Shown here: positions 41,198 to 52,362 of the stretch, in pieces
Numbering within the stretch: the stretch's first letter is position 1
Layout: each line of letters begins with the position of its first letter
NCBI GenBank assembly: GCA_047601445.1
Contig: JASGJH010000001.1
Coordinates: 2,368,001 to 2,432,000, forward strand
Direction: 5' to 3'
DNA: 64,000 nucleotides
DNA from: Myxococcales bacterium
Lineage (GTDB): Bacteria > Myxococcota_A > Polyangia > Polyangiales > DASUME01
Made by a program: the position numbers and the translations under genes
Notes under the pieces: model-generated
What the model was told of the DNA's origin: nothing
Databases searched by the model: none
Seen by the model: only the letters and a program-made list of their open reading frames with translations

Positions 41198-42028
41198 GTG
41201 CCCCTCGACCGGTGAAGGGTCGTCGCGGTCGCACGACACACCATGCATGGCTTCTCGCGGCGTGGTTCGCCGTGAGCTGCCTGCTGGTGCATGGCGTCTC
41301 GCAGCCCACGGCGCGCGCCGAAGACGCGGACGACGCGCCGGCCTCCGAGGTGTTTGCGCGGGTGATCGTCGAAACGGCCCCACTCAGGACGGGCCCCGGC
41401 CCCGGCTTCCGGATCGCGAAGCTCGCGGCCCGGGGCGAGACATTCCGGGTCCATGAACGCGCCACGCGCGGCTATTGGTTGCGGGTGGAGCTTTCGGACG
41501 GCTCACTGGCCTACGTGCAGGGCGACATGGTGTACGCCCACGAGGTCGGTCCACCCTCGCGGCGCGCGCGTGTCATGGCCAAGGTCTTCGCGCCCCCGCC
41601 ACTGCTGCAGGCGCACGGTGAGATCGCGGTTTCGCTCGGCGCGCTGAGCCAGAGCGGCTTCATGGCCATCCGCCCGAGCTGGTTGCTCGGTCCCGTGTTC
41701 GGCATCGAAGGCAACCTGGCGGCCAGTGTGGGCGCCTCCGGCCGGCTGTTCTTGGGCGGAGCCGGCGGCATCGTGAACCTGTTTCCGAGCTGGCCCATCG
41801 TGCCGTTCTTCACGGGCGGCGGCGGCATCGCGTACGCGCGCCCCAACGCGGACAGCTTCGTGCTCGAAGAAGGGACGCGCTCGATGCTCTACGCGGGTGG
41901 CGGCCTGCGCTTTGGCTTTCGGCATCGGATCATCGTGCGCATCGAGGGCCGTGGCTACGCGCTCTTCAACGCGGACAACTTGAAGGCTCAACAGGAGAAT
42001 CAGCGGTGGACTTGCAGCTTTCTTCTGA
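41194..42028 (+). CDS. SH3-like domain plus outer-membrane beta-barrel; +1 frameshift at about 41998
   Basis: LRTGPG..F....RGE....WLRV...DG..YV; amphipathic strands; corrected end QEISGGLAAFF* (terminal Phe). Confidence 0.7.
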
Positions 42029-42296
42029 GTGCCGCGCGCAGGCGCCGGCGGGCCGACGTGAACTCGCGGCTCGGCGGGCGAAGGCCGGGCCTTGGGCCCT
42101 CCTGCTGTCTCTGGTCGCATTCGCCGCGGGCGGGTGCGTGACCGTGAAGCCCCACGAAAAAGAGCTATTGGCGGACCCCGCAATGGTCTATGGCAGCGGC
42201 GGCGAGGCGGACGCTCAAGAGGGGCATGTGTTGGTGAATCGCGAGGGCTCCGCGGGCGCGGCCGAAGGCAGCGGTGGTGGGTGCGGATGCAACTGA
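42006..42296 (+). CDS. DUF4266-family lipoprotein
   Basis: C..VKP.E...LADP.M...REG..G..GGGCGCN*; start uncertain. Confidence 0.85.
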   Translation: MDLQLSSECRAQAPAGRRELAARRAKAGPWALLLSLVAFAAGGCVTVKPHEKELLADPAMVYGSGGEADAQEGHVLVNREGSAGAAEGSGGGCGCN

Positions 42297-43548
42297 TCCG
42301 ACGCAACGTTCTTGGCTCGCGTGCCCGAGGGCGGCGCGCTTCCGCGCTGGTCCACTGGGCTTTGCTCGGGTGGTGGCTCCTTTCGAGCCCTGCCGCAGGC
42401 CAGAGCTCGTTCGACGCGACGACCACCATCTTCCGCGAGTCCGGCGGCCCCCTGAACATGACGGTCATCAACCCGTCCGTGGCCGCCAACGCCCAGGTCG
42501 TCGACGCGTTCTCGGTCCAGGCGGGCTGGGAAGCGGACGTGGTCTCGGGCGCCAGCGTGGCCGTGGTGGACGCTCCGGGCGGCGGCAACGAGGTCGACGC
42601 CATCACCAGCGCCACCACGCTCAGCGACTTCCGCCAGGTGGCCCGGGGCGGCATGGGGCTGCGGGGCGACACCACCCGGCTCGACGCTTTCTACAGCTAC
42701 GGCTGGGAAAACGACTACCGCTCCCAGACGCTCGGGGTGCGGGCGGCCGCGGAGCTGTTCGAGCGCAACACCATCCTGGACCTCACCTACAACCGCGGTT
42801 GGGACCAGGTCTGCGACCTCCTCCAGCCCGAGGCCGAAAAGGCCGTCGAGCGCCAGCGCATGGCGAACTCCGAGGGCTGCTTTGAGCGCGGCAAGGGGCG
42901 CACCACCCGGGATCTGGATACCTATGGCCTGCAGGGCGGCTGGACCCAGAACTGGACGCCGATCTTCAACACCCAGGTCCTGCTGTCCGCCCAGCTGCTC
43001 CACGGCTTCCAGTCGAACCCGTACCGCGCCGTGTGGCTCGGGCGCCGGGCGGCCCAGGAACATCACCCCGACGATCGCGCCCGCTATGCGGTGGGCCTCG
43101 GCTCACGCCTTTGGTTGAGGCCGATCGGCGGCGCTCTACAGTTGATGGCCCGCGCCTACCGCGACACCTGGGACGTCAAGTCGGTGAGTGCCGAGCTCGC
43201 CTATGAGCGCAACATCGGCGTTTATTTCCGGCTGCGGGCGCGGGGACGCTACTACCGCCAGACCGCCGCCGCGTTCTACTCGGACGACTACGCGCTCGAT
43301 CCGGCGGGGCAGTACTTCACGGGCGATCGCGAACTCTCGGCCATGTCGAGCTGGCTCGTGGGCGGGCGCTTCGAATTCCTCCCAGGCGGCGACCGGGCCG
43401 AGCCGATGCTCGGGTTCATCGACAGCCTGCGCATCGTCTTGAAGGCTGACTTCCTGCGCTACGAATTCCCAATTTCCACTACGGTCTCGCTCAAGTCCCC
43501 AACAACACGGCCATCTTTGGAACGGTCGGCATCGAGAGCGTTTTCTAG
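42287..43548 (+). CDS. DUF3570-family outer-membrane protein; -1 frameshift at C-run 43468-43470
   Basis: MQL start overlapping the DUF4266 end; DVVSGAS, ENDYRS, GFQSNPYR, YFTGDRELS; corrected end GIESVF*. Confidence 0.8.
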
Positions 43549-43632
43549 GCGCAAGAGACCTGGCTCCGAAACCCGGACGACTTGTCCACTTCTGCTATGA
43601 TCGTTCCCCAGTCGGTGGGCTCGGAGGAGCGA

Positions 43633-44703
43633 ATGGTGGCGACGTATGGTGTGATCATGGCCGGCGGATCGGGAACCCGCTTTTGGCCCCTCTCGCGCGC
43701 AGCTCGCCCCAAGCAGTTGCTCCCACTTGGCGGAGGCGAGCTCTCCTTGTTGCGCGCCACCCAGGAGCGCATGGCCCCGGTGATTCCGGCCGAACGCACC
43801 TATGTAGTGACGTCCGAGGCCCTGGCTGCGCAGACGCGCGCTGAACTACCGCACCTGCCGCCCGAAAACGTGCTGGCAGAGCCCGTGGGTCGCAACACCG
43901 CCCCTTGCGTGGGCTGGGCGACCTCGGTCATCGCCCGCAAGGACCCACAGGCTGTCATCGCGGTGCTGCCCGCTGATCATCACATCGCCAACGAGCGAGC
44001 CTTCCAGGCCACCCTGGAGCGCGCCCTCGAGGCGGCCGCAGGCGGCGACATGGTGACCGTCGGCATCAAGCCCACGCGGCCCGAAACGGGCTACGGCTAC
44101 ATCGAAATGGGCGAGGAACTCTCGCCCGGCGCGTATCGCGCTCGCCGCTTCGTCGAGAAGCCGGACGAGCTGCGGGCGCGACAGTTCCTGGCGGCCGGTC
44201 GGTTCTTCTGGAACAGCGGCATGTTCTTCTTCCGCTCCGACACCCTACTCGCGGCCGTGCGCCAGCACCTGCCCGGCTTGGGCGATGCCCTGGCGTCCTA
44301 CGACGAGGCCGCCAAGCGCGGCGAGGAGCTGGCGCTGGTGAGCGCCACCTACGCGTCGCTTCCGGACGTCTCCGTCGACCACGGTGTGATGGAGAAGACC
44401 TCGCGCATGGCGCTCATTCCGGGTGACTTCGGCTGGTCCGACGTGGGCAGCTGGACCACGGCTTGGGAGCTCGCCGAGCGAGACGGCGAAGACAATGCGC
44501 TGTTCGGAGAGGCCGTCATGGTCGACACCCGGCGCTCCTACGTGCGCGCCCCGGAAGGCAAGGTGGTCGCGGTGGTCGGGCTCGAAGACGTCGTGGTGGT
44601 CGACACCGAAGACGCCCTCCTGGTGATGCCCCGCAGCCGCGCCCAAGACGTGCGTGCCGTCGTCAATGCACTGAAGAGTCAGAAGAAAACGAAGCACCTC
44701 TGA
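43633..44703 (+). CDS. manC: Mannose-1-phosphate guanylyltransferase
   Basis: MAGGSGTRFWPLSR..PKQ, EPVGRNTAP, PADH, FVEKP, WNSGMF, WSDVGSW. Confidence 0.95.
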   Translation: MVATYGVIMAGGSGTRFWPLSRAARPKQLLPLGGGELSLLRATQERMAPVIPAERTYVVTSEALAAQTRAELPHLPPENVLAEPVGRNTAPCVGWATSVIARKDPQAVIAVLPADHHIANERAFQATLERALEAAAGGDMVTVGIKPTRPETGYGYIEMGEELSPGAYRARRFVEKPDELRARQFLAAGRFFWNSGMFFFRSDTLLAAVRQHLPGLGDALASYDEAAKRGEELALVSATYASLPDVSVDHGVMEKTSRMALIPGDFGWSDVGSWTTAWELAERDGEDNALFGEAVMVDTRRSYVRAPEGKVVAVVGLEDVVVVDTEDALLVMPRSRAQDVRAVVNALKSQKKTKHL

Positions 44704-44722
44704 GGTCGAGGCTCAACCCACC

Positions 44723-46078
44723 ATGTTGCCCAACCACATTTTCCGTGAGTACGACATTCGAGGCGTCGCCGACCGCGACATGCTCGAGACCGACGTCGAA
44801 GATCTCGGCCGCGCGCTCGGCACTTTCCTCGCTCGCCAGGGGGCCAAGCGCATTGGGTTGGGACGGGATTGCCGCCTGAGCTCGCCGCGACTGCACCGCG
44901 CCCTGCGGAAGGGTTTGCTCGAGACCGGCCTGGCCGTGATCGACATCGGCGTGGGCCCGACCCCGATGCTGTACTTCGTGGTCTTCGATCTCGACCTCGA
45001 TGGTGGTGTGCAGATCACGGGCAGCCACAATCCGCCCGAAGACAACGGCTTCAAGATGATGAAGGGCAAGGCGTCGCTGTTCGGCCCGGACATCCAGACC
45101 TTGCGCGGGATGATCGAGCAACGCGACTTCGATCTGCCCGGCGGCGGCGTGGTGGAAGAGCACGATCCGCTCCCGGCCTACACGGGCTTCATGCGCGGCA
45201 ACATCGCGCTGACGCGCACCGATCTGCGCATCGCCATCGATGCTGGCAACGGCGCGGGCGGGCCGGCTGCGAGCGCGGCCTTGCGCAGCGTGGGCCTCAA
45301 GCCGATCGAGCTTCTGTGCGAGATGGATGGCGCCTTCCCGGTGCACCATCCGGATCCGTCTCAGCCCGAGAACCTCGAGTTGTTGAGGCGCACCGTGCTC
45401 GAGAACGGGCTCGACCTCGGCATCGCGTTCGATGGTGACGCCGACCGTATCGGTGTCATCGATGGTCGCGGCGACACGATCTGGGGCGACAAGCTCATGA
45501 TCCTGTTCTCGCGCGCAATCCTCGAGCGCCATCCAGGCGCGCCCATCATCAGCGAAGTGAAGTGCTCGCAGACGCTCTATGCGGACATCGCAGCCCACGG
45601 CGGTCGCCCGATCATGTGGCGCACGGGACATTCGCTGATCAAGAAGAAGATGAAAGAGGAACACGCGCTCCTGGCCGGAGAGATGAGCGGCCACATGTTC
45701 TTCGCCGACCGCTTCTTCGGCTTCGATGACGCCATCTACGCGAGCCTGCGGCTACTCGAGATCGTGGCGTCCGCCAAGGCACCGCTACACGAGCTCCTGG
45801 CCGATGTGCCGCTCACCTACGCGACGCCGGAGCTGCGCGTGGATTGCCCGGACCAGACCAAGTTCGGGTTGGTGGAGCGCGTGCTCGCCCACTACCGCGC
45901 AACGCACGAGGTCATCGATGTCGACGGCGCGCGCATCCAGTTCGAAGGCGGCTGGGGGCTCGTGCGAGCGTCCAACACCCAGCCCGTCTTGGTGCTGCGC
46001 TTCGAGGCCGATAGCCAGAGCCGACTGGCCGAGATCCGCCAGGAAGTGGAAGCCACGGTGGAGCAGCTCAAGCTCTGA
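44723..46078 (+). CDS. Phosphomannomutase/phosphoglucomutase (AlgC/ManB type)
   Basis: IFREYDIRG, TGSHNP, DGDADR, GEMSGH, RASNTQP. Confidence 0.95.
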   Translation: MLPNHIFREYDIRGVADRDMLETDVEDLGRALGTFLARQGAKRIGLGRDCRLSSPRLHRALRKGLLETGLAVIDIGVGPTPMLYFVVFDLDLDGGVQITGSHNPPEDNGFKMMKGKASLFGPDIQTLRGMIEQRDFDLPGGGVVEEHDPLPAYTGFMRGNIALTRTDLRIAIDAGNGAGGPAASAALRSVGLKPIELLCEMDGAFPVHHPDPSQPENLELLRRTVLENGLDLGIAFDGDADRIGVIDGRGDTIWGDKLMILFSRAILERHPGAPIISEVKCSQTLYADIAAHGGRPIMWRTGHSLIKKKMKEEHALLAGEMSGHMFFADRFFGFDDAIYASLRLLEIVASAKAPLHELLADVPLTYATPELRVDCPDQTKFGLVERVLAHYRATHEVIDVDGARIQFEGGWGLVRASNTQPVLVLRFEADSQSRLAEIRQEVEATVEQLKL

Positions 46079-46198
46079 AGCTCTGGCTCCGAACACAGAG
46101 GCTCGGAGCTCGTTTTCTAGTGCAGATCGGCTTTTCCAGGGGGCCGGCGCGACAGCGCGCGGGTTTCGTGGTGAAGTACGGCGTTGGAGGATTCCAGG

Positions 46199-46666
46199 AT
46201 GAGTACGACCGAAATCACCACCGAGAACTTCGAGAACATCATCGAGACGAGCGACATCGTGGTGCTCGATGCTTGGGCAGCCTGGTGTGGTCCCTGCAAA
46301 TCCTTCGCGCCCATCTTCGAGGCGGCGTCCGAGCGTCATCCGGGCGTGGTGTGGGGCAAGCTGGACACCGAGAATCAGCGCGAGCTGGCCGCCATGTTCG
46401 GGATTCGCTCCATCCCCACGGTGATGGTGTTCCGGCAGGGCGTGCTGCTCTTCCAGCAGGCGGGCCTCTTACCCGCCGGTGCGCTCGACGAGCTGATCGG
46501 CAAGGTGCAGGAGCTCGACATGGAGGCCGTGCACAAGGAGATCGAGGAGCACGAGAAGCTCCACGCAGCGGGCCAGTGCGGCCATGATCACGGGCACGGC
46601 CACGGTCATGCTCACGGCCATGGCGAGCACGGTCATCAGCACGGGCCCGACTGCGACCACGATTGA
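46199..46666 (+). CDS. Thioredoxin with His/Cys-rich C-terminal tail
   Basis: WCGPC, IRSIPT; tail CGHDHGHGHGHAHGHGEHGHQHGPDCDHD. Confidence 0.9.
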   Translation: MSTTEITTENFENIIETSDIVVLDAWAAWCGPCKSFAPIFEAASERHPGVVWGKLDTENQRELAAMFGIRSIPTVMVFRQGVLLFQQAGLLPAGALDELIGKVQELDMEAVHKEIEEHEKLHAAGQCGHDHGHGHGHAHGHGEHGHQHGPDCDHD

Positions 46667-46733
46667 GTCGCACCAGGCGCGCACGCGTGCCTGAATCCCG
46701 GCGCGTCAGCGCGCAGCTGAAGAACCGAGCGGG

Positions 46734-48305
46734 TCAGCGCGCAGACTTGGGCGCCGGCTGGAGCGTGATGCTCAGCTCCGCCACCGCACGACCAGTAGGG
46801 TTGGCCACGAAGTCGCTCGGCGCCACGACCTTGACCTGCGGTACATGCCCCTTGAGGTAGACCAGGATCTCCTGCGTGCTCTCGAGGGGTAGGTTCTCGA
46901 TGCGGGCCTCCGGCGCGAAGCCCACCAGCTGATAGATTTTGGCGCCCTTGGGCGTGGTCACGATGCGCACCGTGCCGAGCCCCCCTTGCGGGCTCCCCAC
47001 CTGCATCGGCATCTGACTGGGGCCGAGCTCCAGCGCGGCTTCGGGCGGCGCCTTCGGACCAAGTTGCATGGCAATCTCGAGCCGCGCGCCCTCCGGTGTG
47101 CGCTCCCACTCGGCTTCGGGTGCCACCACCAAGCGGCTCGGCGCGAAGCCTTCCATGGTGGCCACGAACTCTTGCGCTACCCCGATGGGCACGTGCGGAA
47201 CGTTGACTGGACCGCGGCCCAAGAAACGCAGCACCTGCGTACGCTCCGGTTCGAGGTGGATCACCAGGTCGCCCGCCTTGGGAGCCGCGGGCGCGGGTTT
47301 GGGCTCGGGCGTCGGTGCCGCGACCTCGGGCGCCTTGCCGAGTAGGCGATCGATGGCTTCCGGGCGCATCACGAAGGTGGCGGCTCCGAGGCCGACTGCG
47401 AGCCCCAAGAAACCCAGACCGAGCCACAGGCCCTTGCCCTGGCTCGGACGGATGGAGGCGCCCGGAGGCAGCGACCCGAAGCGCGGCTGCGATGAGCTCG
47501 GGGCGCGCAGCTGGGCGGGGACGTGCTTGCGCGGCGGAGGCGCGGCGCTCATCGGCGTCATGCGCGGAGCCGCCGGCGGCATCGGGTCCATGCGCGTTTC
47601 GATGTGAATGTTCGCCAGTGGCCTGCCCTCGCGGTCCTCGAAGGAAAGGTCGCCACTCCGATCGCCGATCTCCTCCACGGGTTCGCGAATCGTCGCGTCG
47701 CGGGCGCGACCGGTGGGATTGCTGCTCTCGCGGAGCTGATGCGGCGACGTGGGCTCGTCCTCGCGCTGCGGAACGGGATCCGGGCTCGCGTCACCGCCGA
47801 GCAAGGCGCTCAGCTCCGAGTCGAGATCTTGAAACGTCGGCGCCGCACCTGCCCGTGGCGACAAGCGTTGATCGGCCTGCACTTCGCGCACCATGCGCGC
47901 GAGCACCCTCCGGGACGCGTTGCGGTTGAGCGGTACCAGCGAGGCCTCGAGATCATCGCGCAGCTGGTTCAACGACCAGATGCCGCCGCGCGGACCTTCC
48001 TCGACCAGCCGCATCAAGGCTGGCGCGGGCGCGGGACCGGCGGCCACCAGCAGCGAGGTCAGGTCGCGGTGCAGCGCGCGCGCGCTGGTCCGCTCGTCGC
48101 AATCTGACGCCTCCGCCAGAGCGACTGCCCCGTCCTCCGAAATCTCGATGGTGGACAGGGAGAGCAGACAGGGACCGCTGGAGAGCAGCTGCTCGCAGGC
48201 CTCGAGGATCACGAAGGTGCCGATCTCCGCGGGCAAGCGCGTCTTGAAGCGCGTCAAGCTGCGCAGCAGTTCTTCGGCTGTGACGCGGCCCGGCCCCGTG
48301 CTCAT
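46734..48305 (-). CDS. Membrane protein: degenerate kinase C-lobe-like N-terminus, TM, periplasmic PEGA-like beta domains
   Basis: ATG overlaps the hisF stop; LPAEIG.FV..E....[40 protein letters not shown]. Confidence 0.55.
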   Translation of the reverse strand: MSTGPGRVTAEELLRSLTRFKTRLPAEIGTFVILEACEQLLSSGPCLLSLSTIEISEDGAVALAEASDCDERTSARALHRDLTSLLVAAGPAPAPALMRLVEEGPRGGIWSLNQLRDDLEASLVPLNRNASRRVLARMVREVQADQRLSPRAGAAPTFQDLDSELSALLGGDASPDPVPQREDEPTSPHQLRESSNPTGRARDATIREPVEEIGDRSGDLSFEDREGRPLANIHIETRMDPMPPAAPRMTPMSAAPPPRKHVPAQLRAPSSSQPRFGSLPPGASIRPSQGKGLWLGLGFLGLAVGLGAATFVMRPEAIDRLLGKAPEVAAPTPEPKPAPAAPKAGDLVIHLEPERTQVLRFLGRGPVNVPHVPIGVAQEFVATMEGFAPSRLVVAPEAEWERTPEGARLEIAMQLGPKAPPEAALELGPSQMPMQVGSPQGGLGTVRIVTTPKGAKIYQLVGFAPEARIENLPLESTQEILVYLKGHVPQVKVVAPSDFVANPTGRAVAELSITLQPAPKSAR

Positions 48306-49118
48306 GCCTTGGGCCCCTGGGCCTTGATGGCGCGCTGCGCCTCGCTGGGGGGGCGCACGCGTACGCCCTGGGACAGCAAGTAGTCCTTCACCTGCGCCAC
48401 GGTGTAGGTCCCGTCGTGAAAGATCGAGGCGGCCAGAGCCGCATCGGCCAGCGCATCGCGGAACCCGTGAGCGATGTGCTCGAGGTTGCCCACGCCGCCC
48501 GAGGCGATCACCGGGATGCTCACACGCTCGGCCACGGCCCGCGTGAGAGCCACGTCGTAGCCGTCCTTGGTGCCATCGCGATCCATGCTCGTCAGCAGGA
48601 TCTCCACCGGCCCCGAGCTGCTCGATGCGGTAAGCCCACTCCACCGCGTCGAGCCCCTCGTTGGTGCGTCCGCCGTGAGTGAAGACTTGCCAACGCGGAG
48701 CCTCGCCCGGGCCACTCACGCGCTTGGCATCGACCGCGACCACGATGGCCTGCGATCCGTACGCTGCAGCCACATCAGCCACGAAGTCGGGGTTCCGCAC
48801 GGCCGCGGTGTTGATCGAGACCTTGTCGGCACCCGCCATCAACAGGTCGCGCACGTCTTCTCTCGCGCGCACGCCGCCGCCCACCGTCAACGGCGCCGCG
48901 ATGTTCTCCGCAGTGCGCTCCACCACGTCGAGCAGAATGCGACGCTGATCGCTGGAGGCCGTGATGTCCAGGAACGTGATCTCATCAGCGCCCATGGCGT
49001 CGTAGCGCAGCGCGCACTCCACCGGATCGCCCGCGTCGCGCAGGCCGACGAAGTTGATGCCCTTGACGACACGACCCGCCTTCACATCGAGGCACGGGAT
49101 AATGCGCTTGGCGAGCAC
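48302..49118 (-). CDS. hisF: Imidazole glycerol phosphate synthase cyclase subunit; +1 frameshift at about 48605
   Basis: [25 protein letters not shown]; second frame [29 protein letters not shown]. Confidence 0.93.
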
Positions 49119-49119
49119 G

Positions 49120-49845
49120 TCAGCCCTCCCCTGCGCAGACTCGGAACGCCTGGGCCAATGTGAACGCACCGCTGTACAGCGCGCGTCCGCACACCGCCGA
49201 GCGCACGCCCGCCTCGCGCAACGCCGCGAGATGCTCCAGCGCTCCGATGCCCCCGGAGGCGATCACAGTGGCCTTCACCTGGGCCTGAAGCTTGGCCGTT
49301 GCCTCGACGGCGGGCCCCTCGCGGGTGCCGTCGCGATCGATGTCGGTGAACAGGATGGCGCTGGTGCCCCAAGCATCGGCCTGAGCGGCCACCTCGTGCA
49401 CGGGCTTGCCGGTGGCTTCGAGCCAACCCTCCACGGCGATCATTCCGCCCTTGGCATCGAGCGCCATCACGACGCCGTCCGGATGCTCCGCGCACAGCGA
49501 ACGCGCCAGCTCGGGATTCTTGATGGCCACGGTGCCGAGCACCACGCGCGTGGCGCCCGCTTGGTACCAGGCCTCGGCCGCCTCGCGGCTGCGGATGCCG
49601 CCACCGACCTGCACCAGGAGCTCGGGTGCGGCCTTGAGGATTTGCTCGATCACGTGCCGGTTGCCGGGCTTTCCATCGCGTGCGCCGTCCAAATCCACCA
49701 CGTGCAGTCGACGCGCCCCGGCGTCGCGGAAGAGCTTGGCTTGGCCCGCAGGGTCATCGGAATACACCGTGACCTGGGCGTAGTCTCCCTTGTGCAAGCG
49801 CACGACTTTGCCCGCCAAAAGATCGATCGCCGGAATGAACTCCAT
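49120..49845 (-). CDS. hisA: ProFAR isomerase
   Basis: [37 protein letters not shown]. Confidence 0.95.
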   Translation of the reverse strand: MEFIPAIDLLAGKVVRLHKGDYAQVTVYSDDPAGQAKLFRDAGARRLHVVDLDGARDGKPGNRHVIEQILKAAPELLVQVGGGIRSREAAEAWYQAGATRVVLGTVAIKNPELARSLCAEHPDGVVMALDAKGGMIAVEGWLEATGKPVHEVAAQADAWGTSAILFTDIDRDGTREGPAVEATAKLQAQVKATVIASGGIGALEHLAALREAGVRSAVCGRALYSGAFTLAQAFRVCAGEG

Positions 49846-50474
49846 CACGCACCTCCTACGAAGCGCTGAAGCAGGCGATGTCCCTCTTCTTGGCTCTTCT
49901 CTGGATGAAACTGACAAGCGAACACGTTGTCTCGCCCCACCGCGACGCAAAATGGGCCGCCGTACTCGGCCGTGCCCACGACCACGTCAGGATCCTCGGG
50001 CTGACAATAGAACGAGTGCACGAAGTAGAACCAGGCGTCCTGCTGCGGCAATAGCGCGTGGTTTCCACGCACCGTGTTCCAGCCCATGTGCGGGACCTTC
50101 AGGCGCTCTCCCGAGGTGGCGTCGCGCATGTCCGACGAAAAGCGCCGCACGCGTCCCTTGAAGTGCGCGATCCCCGGCCGACCGGGAGCCTCCTCGCTCT
50201 CTTCGAAGAGAAGCTGCATACCGAGGCACAGACCCAGGTACGGATTGCCGCGCGCGATCACGGTGCGCAGCGCCTCGCCGAAGCCGCGCTCGAGCGCCAC
50301 GACGCAATCGCGGAACGCCCCTTGACCCGGCACGATGACCCGATCGGCACGCACGAGCGCGTCCGGATCGGCGGTGATGGTGGCCTGGCCTCCCGCGCGC
50401 TCCACGGCGCGCGCCACACTGCGGAGGTTGCCGACACCCAGGTCGGCAATCACGACTGACTTTGCGCTGATCAT
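49845..50474 (-). CDS. hisH: Imidazole glycerol phosphate synthase glutaminase subunit
   Basis: GNLRSV, PGQGAF, GLCLGMQ, VPHMGWN, YFVHSF, QFHPEKS. Confidence 0.95.
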   Translation of the reverse strand: MISAKSVVIADLGVGNLRSVARAVERAGGQATITADPDALVRADRVIVPGQGAFRDCVVALERGFGEALRTVIARGNPYLGLCLGMQLLFEESEEAPGRPGIAHFKGRVRRFSSDMRDATSGERLKVPHMGWNTVRGNHALLPQQDAWFYFVHSFYCQPEDPDVVVGTAEYGGPFCVAVGRDNVFACQFHPEKSQEEGHRLLQRFVGGA

Positions 50475-50481
50475 CGGAGCC

Positions 50482-51075
50482 TCATTCGGAGAGCGTGCCC
50501 TTGGTGGAGGGCACACCAGTCACGCGTGGGTCGATCTCGGTGGCCTCGCGCAGCGCGCGCGCCAAAGCCTTGAACGAGATTTCGATGATGTGGTGGAGGT
50601 TCTCTCCCGCGTGCAACAGCATGTGCAGGTTGCACTGGGCGCCCCTCACGAAGCCCTCGAAGAACACCTCGGCGAGCTCGGTGTCGAACTCGCCCAGCTT
50701 CGCCTTCGGGAGCGGCACCTTCCAGACGAAGAAGGTGCGCCCGGAGAGGTCGAGCGCGCAGGTGACCATGGCCTCGTCCATCGGCAATGTCGCCGAGCCG
50801 TAGCGCCGGATGCCGCGCTTGTCGCCGAGCGCGTCCGCGAAGGCGCGGCCCAGCGTGATGCCGAGGTCCTCGGTGGTGTGGTGGCCGTCGATGTGAACGT
50901 CACCCTTGGCAACGACCGTGAGATTGAAGAGCCCATGTCGTGAGAGCTGCTCGACCATGTGGGTCAGAAACGGCAGGGGCGTCTCAATCTGGTGCTTGCC
51001 GGTGCCATCCAGGTTGAGTTCGACGCGGATTTGAGTCTCGCTCGTCTTGCGCTCGAGGGTCGCCTTACGGGTCAT
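50482..51075 (-). CDS. hisB: Imidazoleglycerol-phosphate dehydratase
   Basis: DGHHTTED, PMDEA, NLHHIIE, PSTKG. Confidence 0.96.
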   Translation of the reverse strand: MTRKATLERKTSETQIRVELNLDGTGKHQIETPLPFLTHMVEQLSRHGLFNLTVVAKGDVHIDGHHTTEDLGITLGRAFADALGDKRGIRRYGSATLPMDEAMVTCALDLSGRTFFVWKVPLPKAKLGEFDTELAEVFFEGFVRGAQCNLHMLLHAGENLHHIIEISFKALARALREATEIDPRVTGVPSTKGTLSE

Positions 51076-51144
51076 GATGCGGCCCGAACGATAGCACGCA
51101 GGGTGCACTCACTCTCATTTGGCGTACCCTCGCCGGGGCTCGAC

Positions 51145-52362
51145 GTGAAACCCGCTGGCATCTTCGTTTTCGCCCTCACTTACCTACTGATCTCCGCGCG
51201 CAAGCTGCCTTGGCTGGGCTTCGATCGGCCCGCCGCGACGCTGCTTGGGGCCGTGTTGGCGGTGGGCCTGGGGGTGCTGAGCCCGCGGGGGGCCCTCGAA
51301 GCCATCGACGGCCCAACCATCGTCCTGCTGTTCGGCGTCATGGGAATGGGGGCGTTCCTTGGTTTCGACGGGGTGCTGGAAGACCTGGAGGCCAGCCTGG
51401 CCCGGGCCGCGGGCACCCCAGCGAGGCTGCTCGGCTACTTGATGTGGGCCGCCGGCGGGCTGAGCGCCTTGGTGACCAACGACGCCGTCTGCGTGCTCGC
51501 CACGCCCCTCGTGGTGCAGCTGGTGCGACGCCATCGACTGCCCCCGCTGCCCTTTCTGTTGGGACTCGCCACGGCCGCCAACACCGGCAGCGTGGCCACC
51601 CTGGTGGGCAATCCGCAGAACATGCTGTGCGCGAACCTGGCCCAGCTCTCCTATCGCGAGCACCTCTCGCTGCTGGGTCCCGTCGCCGTGGTGGGCCTGG
51701 CCATGAACCACGGGCTCGTCCACCTGCTGTTCCGACGTGAACTGCGGGCCAGCTCCCTCGTGAGCACCACGCCGCGTGCGTTCTCTCGCCGAGCCTGGCT
51801 GCCCATTGCCGTCAACCTGGGCGTCGCGGCCGCGTGCCTGATGGGAGCCAACCTGGCCTGGGCCGCCGTGGGCGGCTTCGTGACCCTCATGCTGATTTAT
51901 CGGCGCGACACGAGTGCGCTGTGGGGGCGCATCGATTGGTCGCTGCTGCTGTTCTTCGCGGGCTTGTTCGTGGTGGTCGCGGCGTTGGTTCAGAGCGGCC
52001 TGCCCGCCACCTTCTTTGCCCGTTTTCCCCTGGTCCAGGAGCAGGGCGGCCTGGCGGCGAACCTGCGCCTCTCGGCCATTTTCCTGTTCGGCTCGAACGT
52101 GGTCTCGAACGTGCCGTTCATCGTCCTCATCAGCAGTGAGATGAACAAGCTCTCCGAGCCCCGCCTGGCCTGGGAGATGCTGGCCATGGCGTCCACCTTT
52201 GCGGGCAACCTCACGCTGGTGGGCTCGGTTGCCAATTTAATCGTGGCCGAGGGCGCCCGCGAGCTGGGCGGTATCGGCTTTTGGGCCTACTTGCGGGTCG
52301 GCCTACCGGTCGCCCTGGGCACCACGTTGCTCGGCACGCTCTGGCTCAGTTGGCGTTTCTGA
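51145..52362 (+). CDS. ArsB/NhaD/CitMHS-superfamily anion permease (YbiR/Lsi2-like)
   Basis: SALVTND, ANTGSVATLVGNPQN, SNVP, STFAGNLTLVGSVANLI. Confidence 0.85.
   Translation: MKPAGIFVFALTYLLISARKLPWLGFDRPAATLLGAVLAVGLGVLSPRGALEAIDGPTIVLLFGVMGMGAFLGFDGVLEDLEASLARAAGTPARLLGYLMWAAGGLSALVTNDAVCVLATPLVVQLVRRHRLPPLPFLLGLATAANTGSVATLVGNPQNMLCANLAQLSYREHLSLLGPVAVVGLAMNHGLVHLLFRRELRASSLVSTTPRAFSRRAWLPIAVNLGVAAACLMGANLAWAAVGGFVTLMLIYRRDTSALWGRIDWSLLLFFAGLFVVVAALVQSGLPATFFARFPLVQEQGGLAANLRLSAIFLFGSNVVSNVPFIVLISSEMNKLSEPRLAWEMLAMASTFAGNLTLVGSVANLIVAEGARELGGIGFWAYLRVGLPVALGTTLLGTLWLSWRF

Noticed and set aside
46734..49169. 811-aa HisF fusion ORF
   Set aside because: An extra base near 48605 shifts hisF into the frame of the next gene; the true HisF C-terminus is in the 48302-48715 frame
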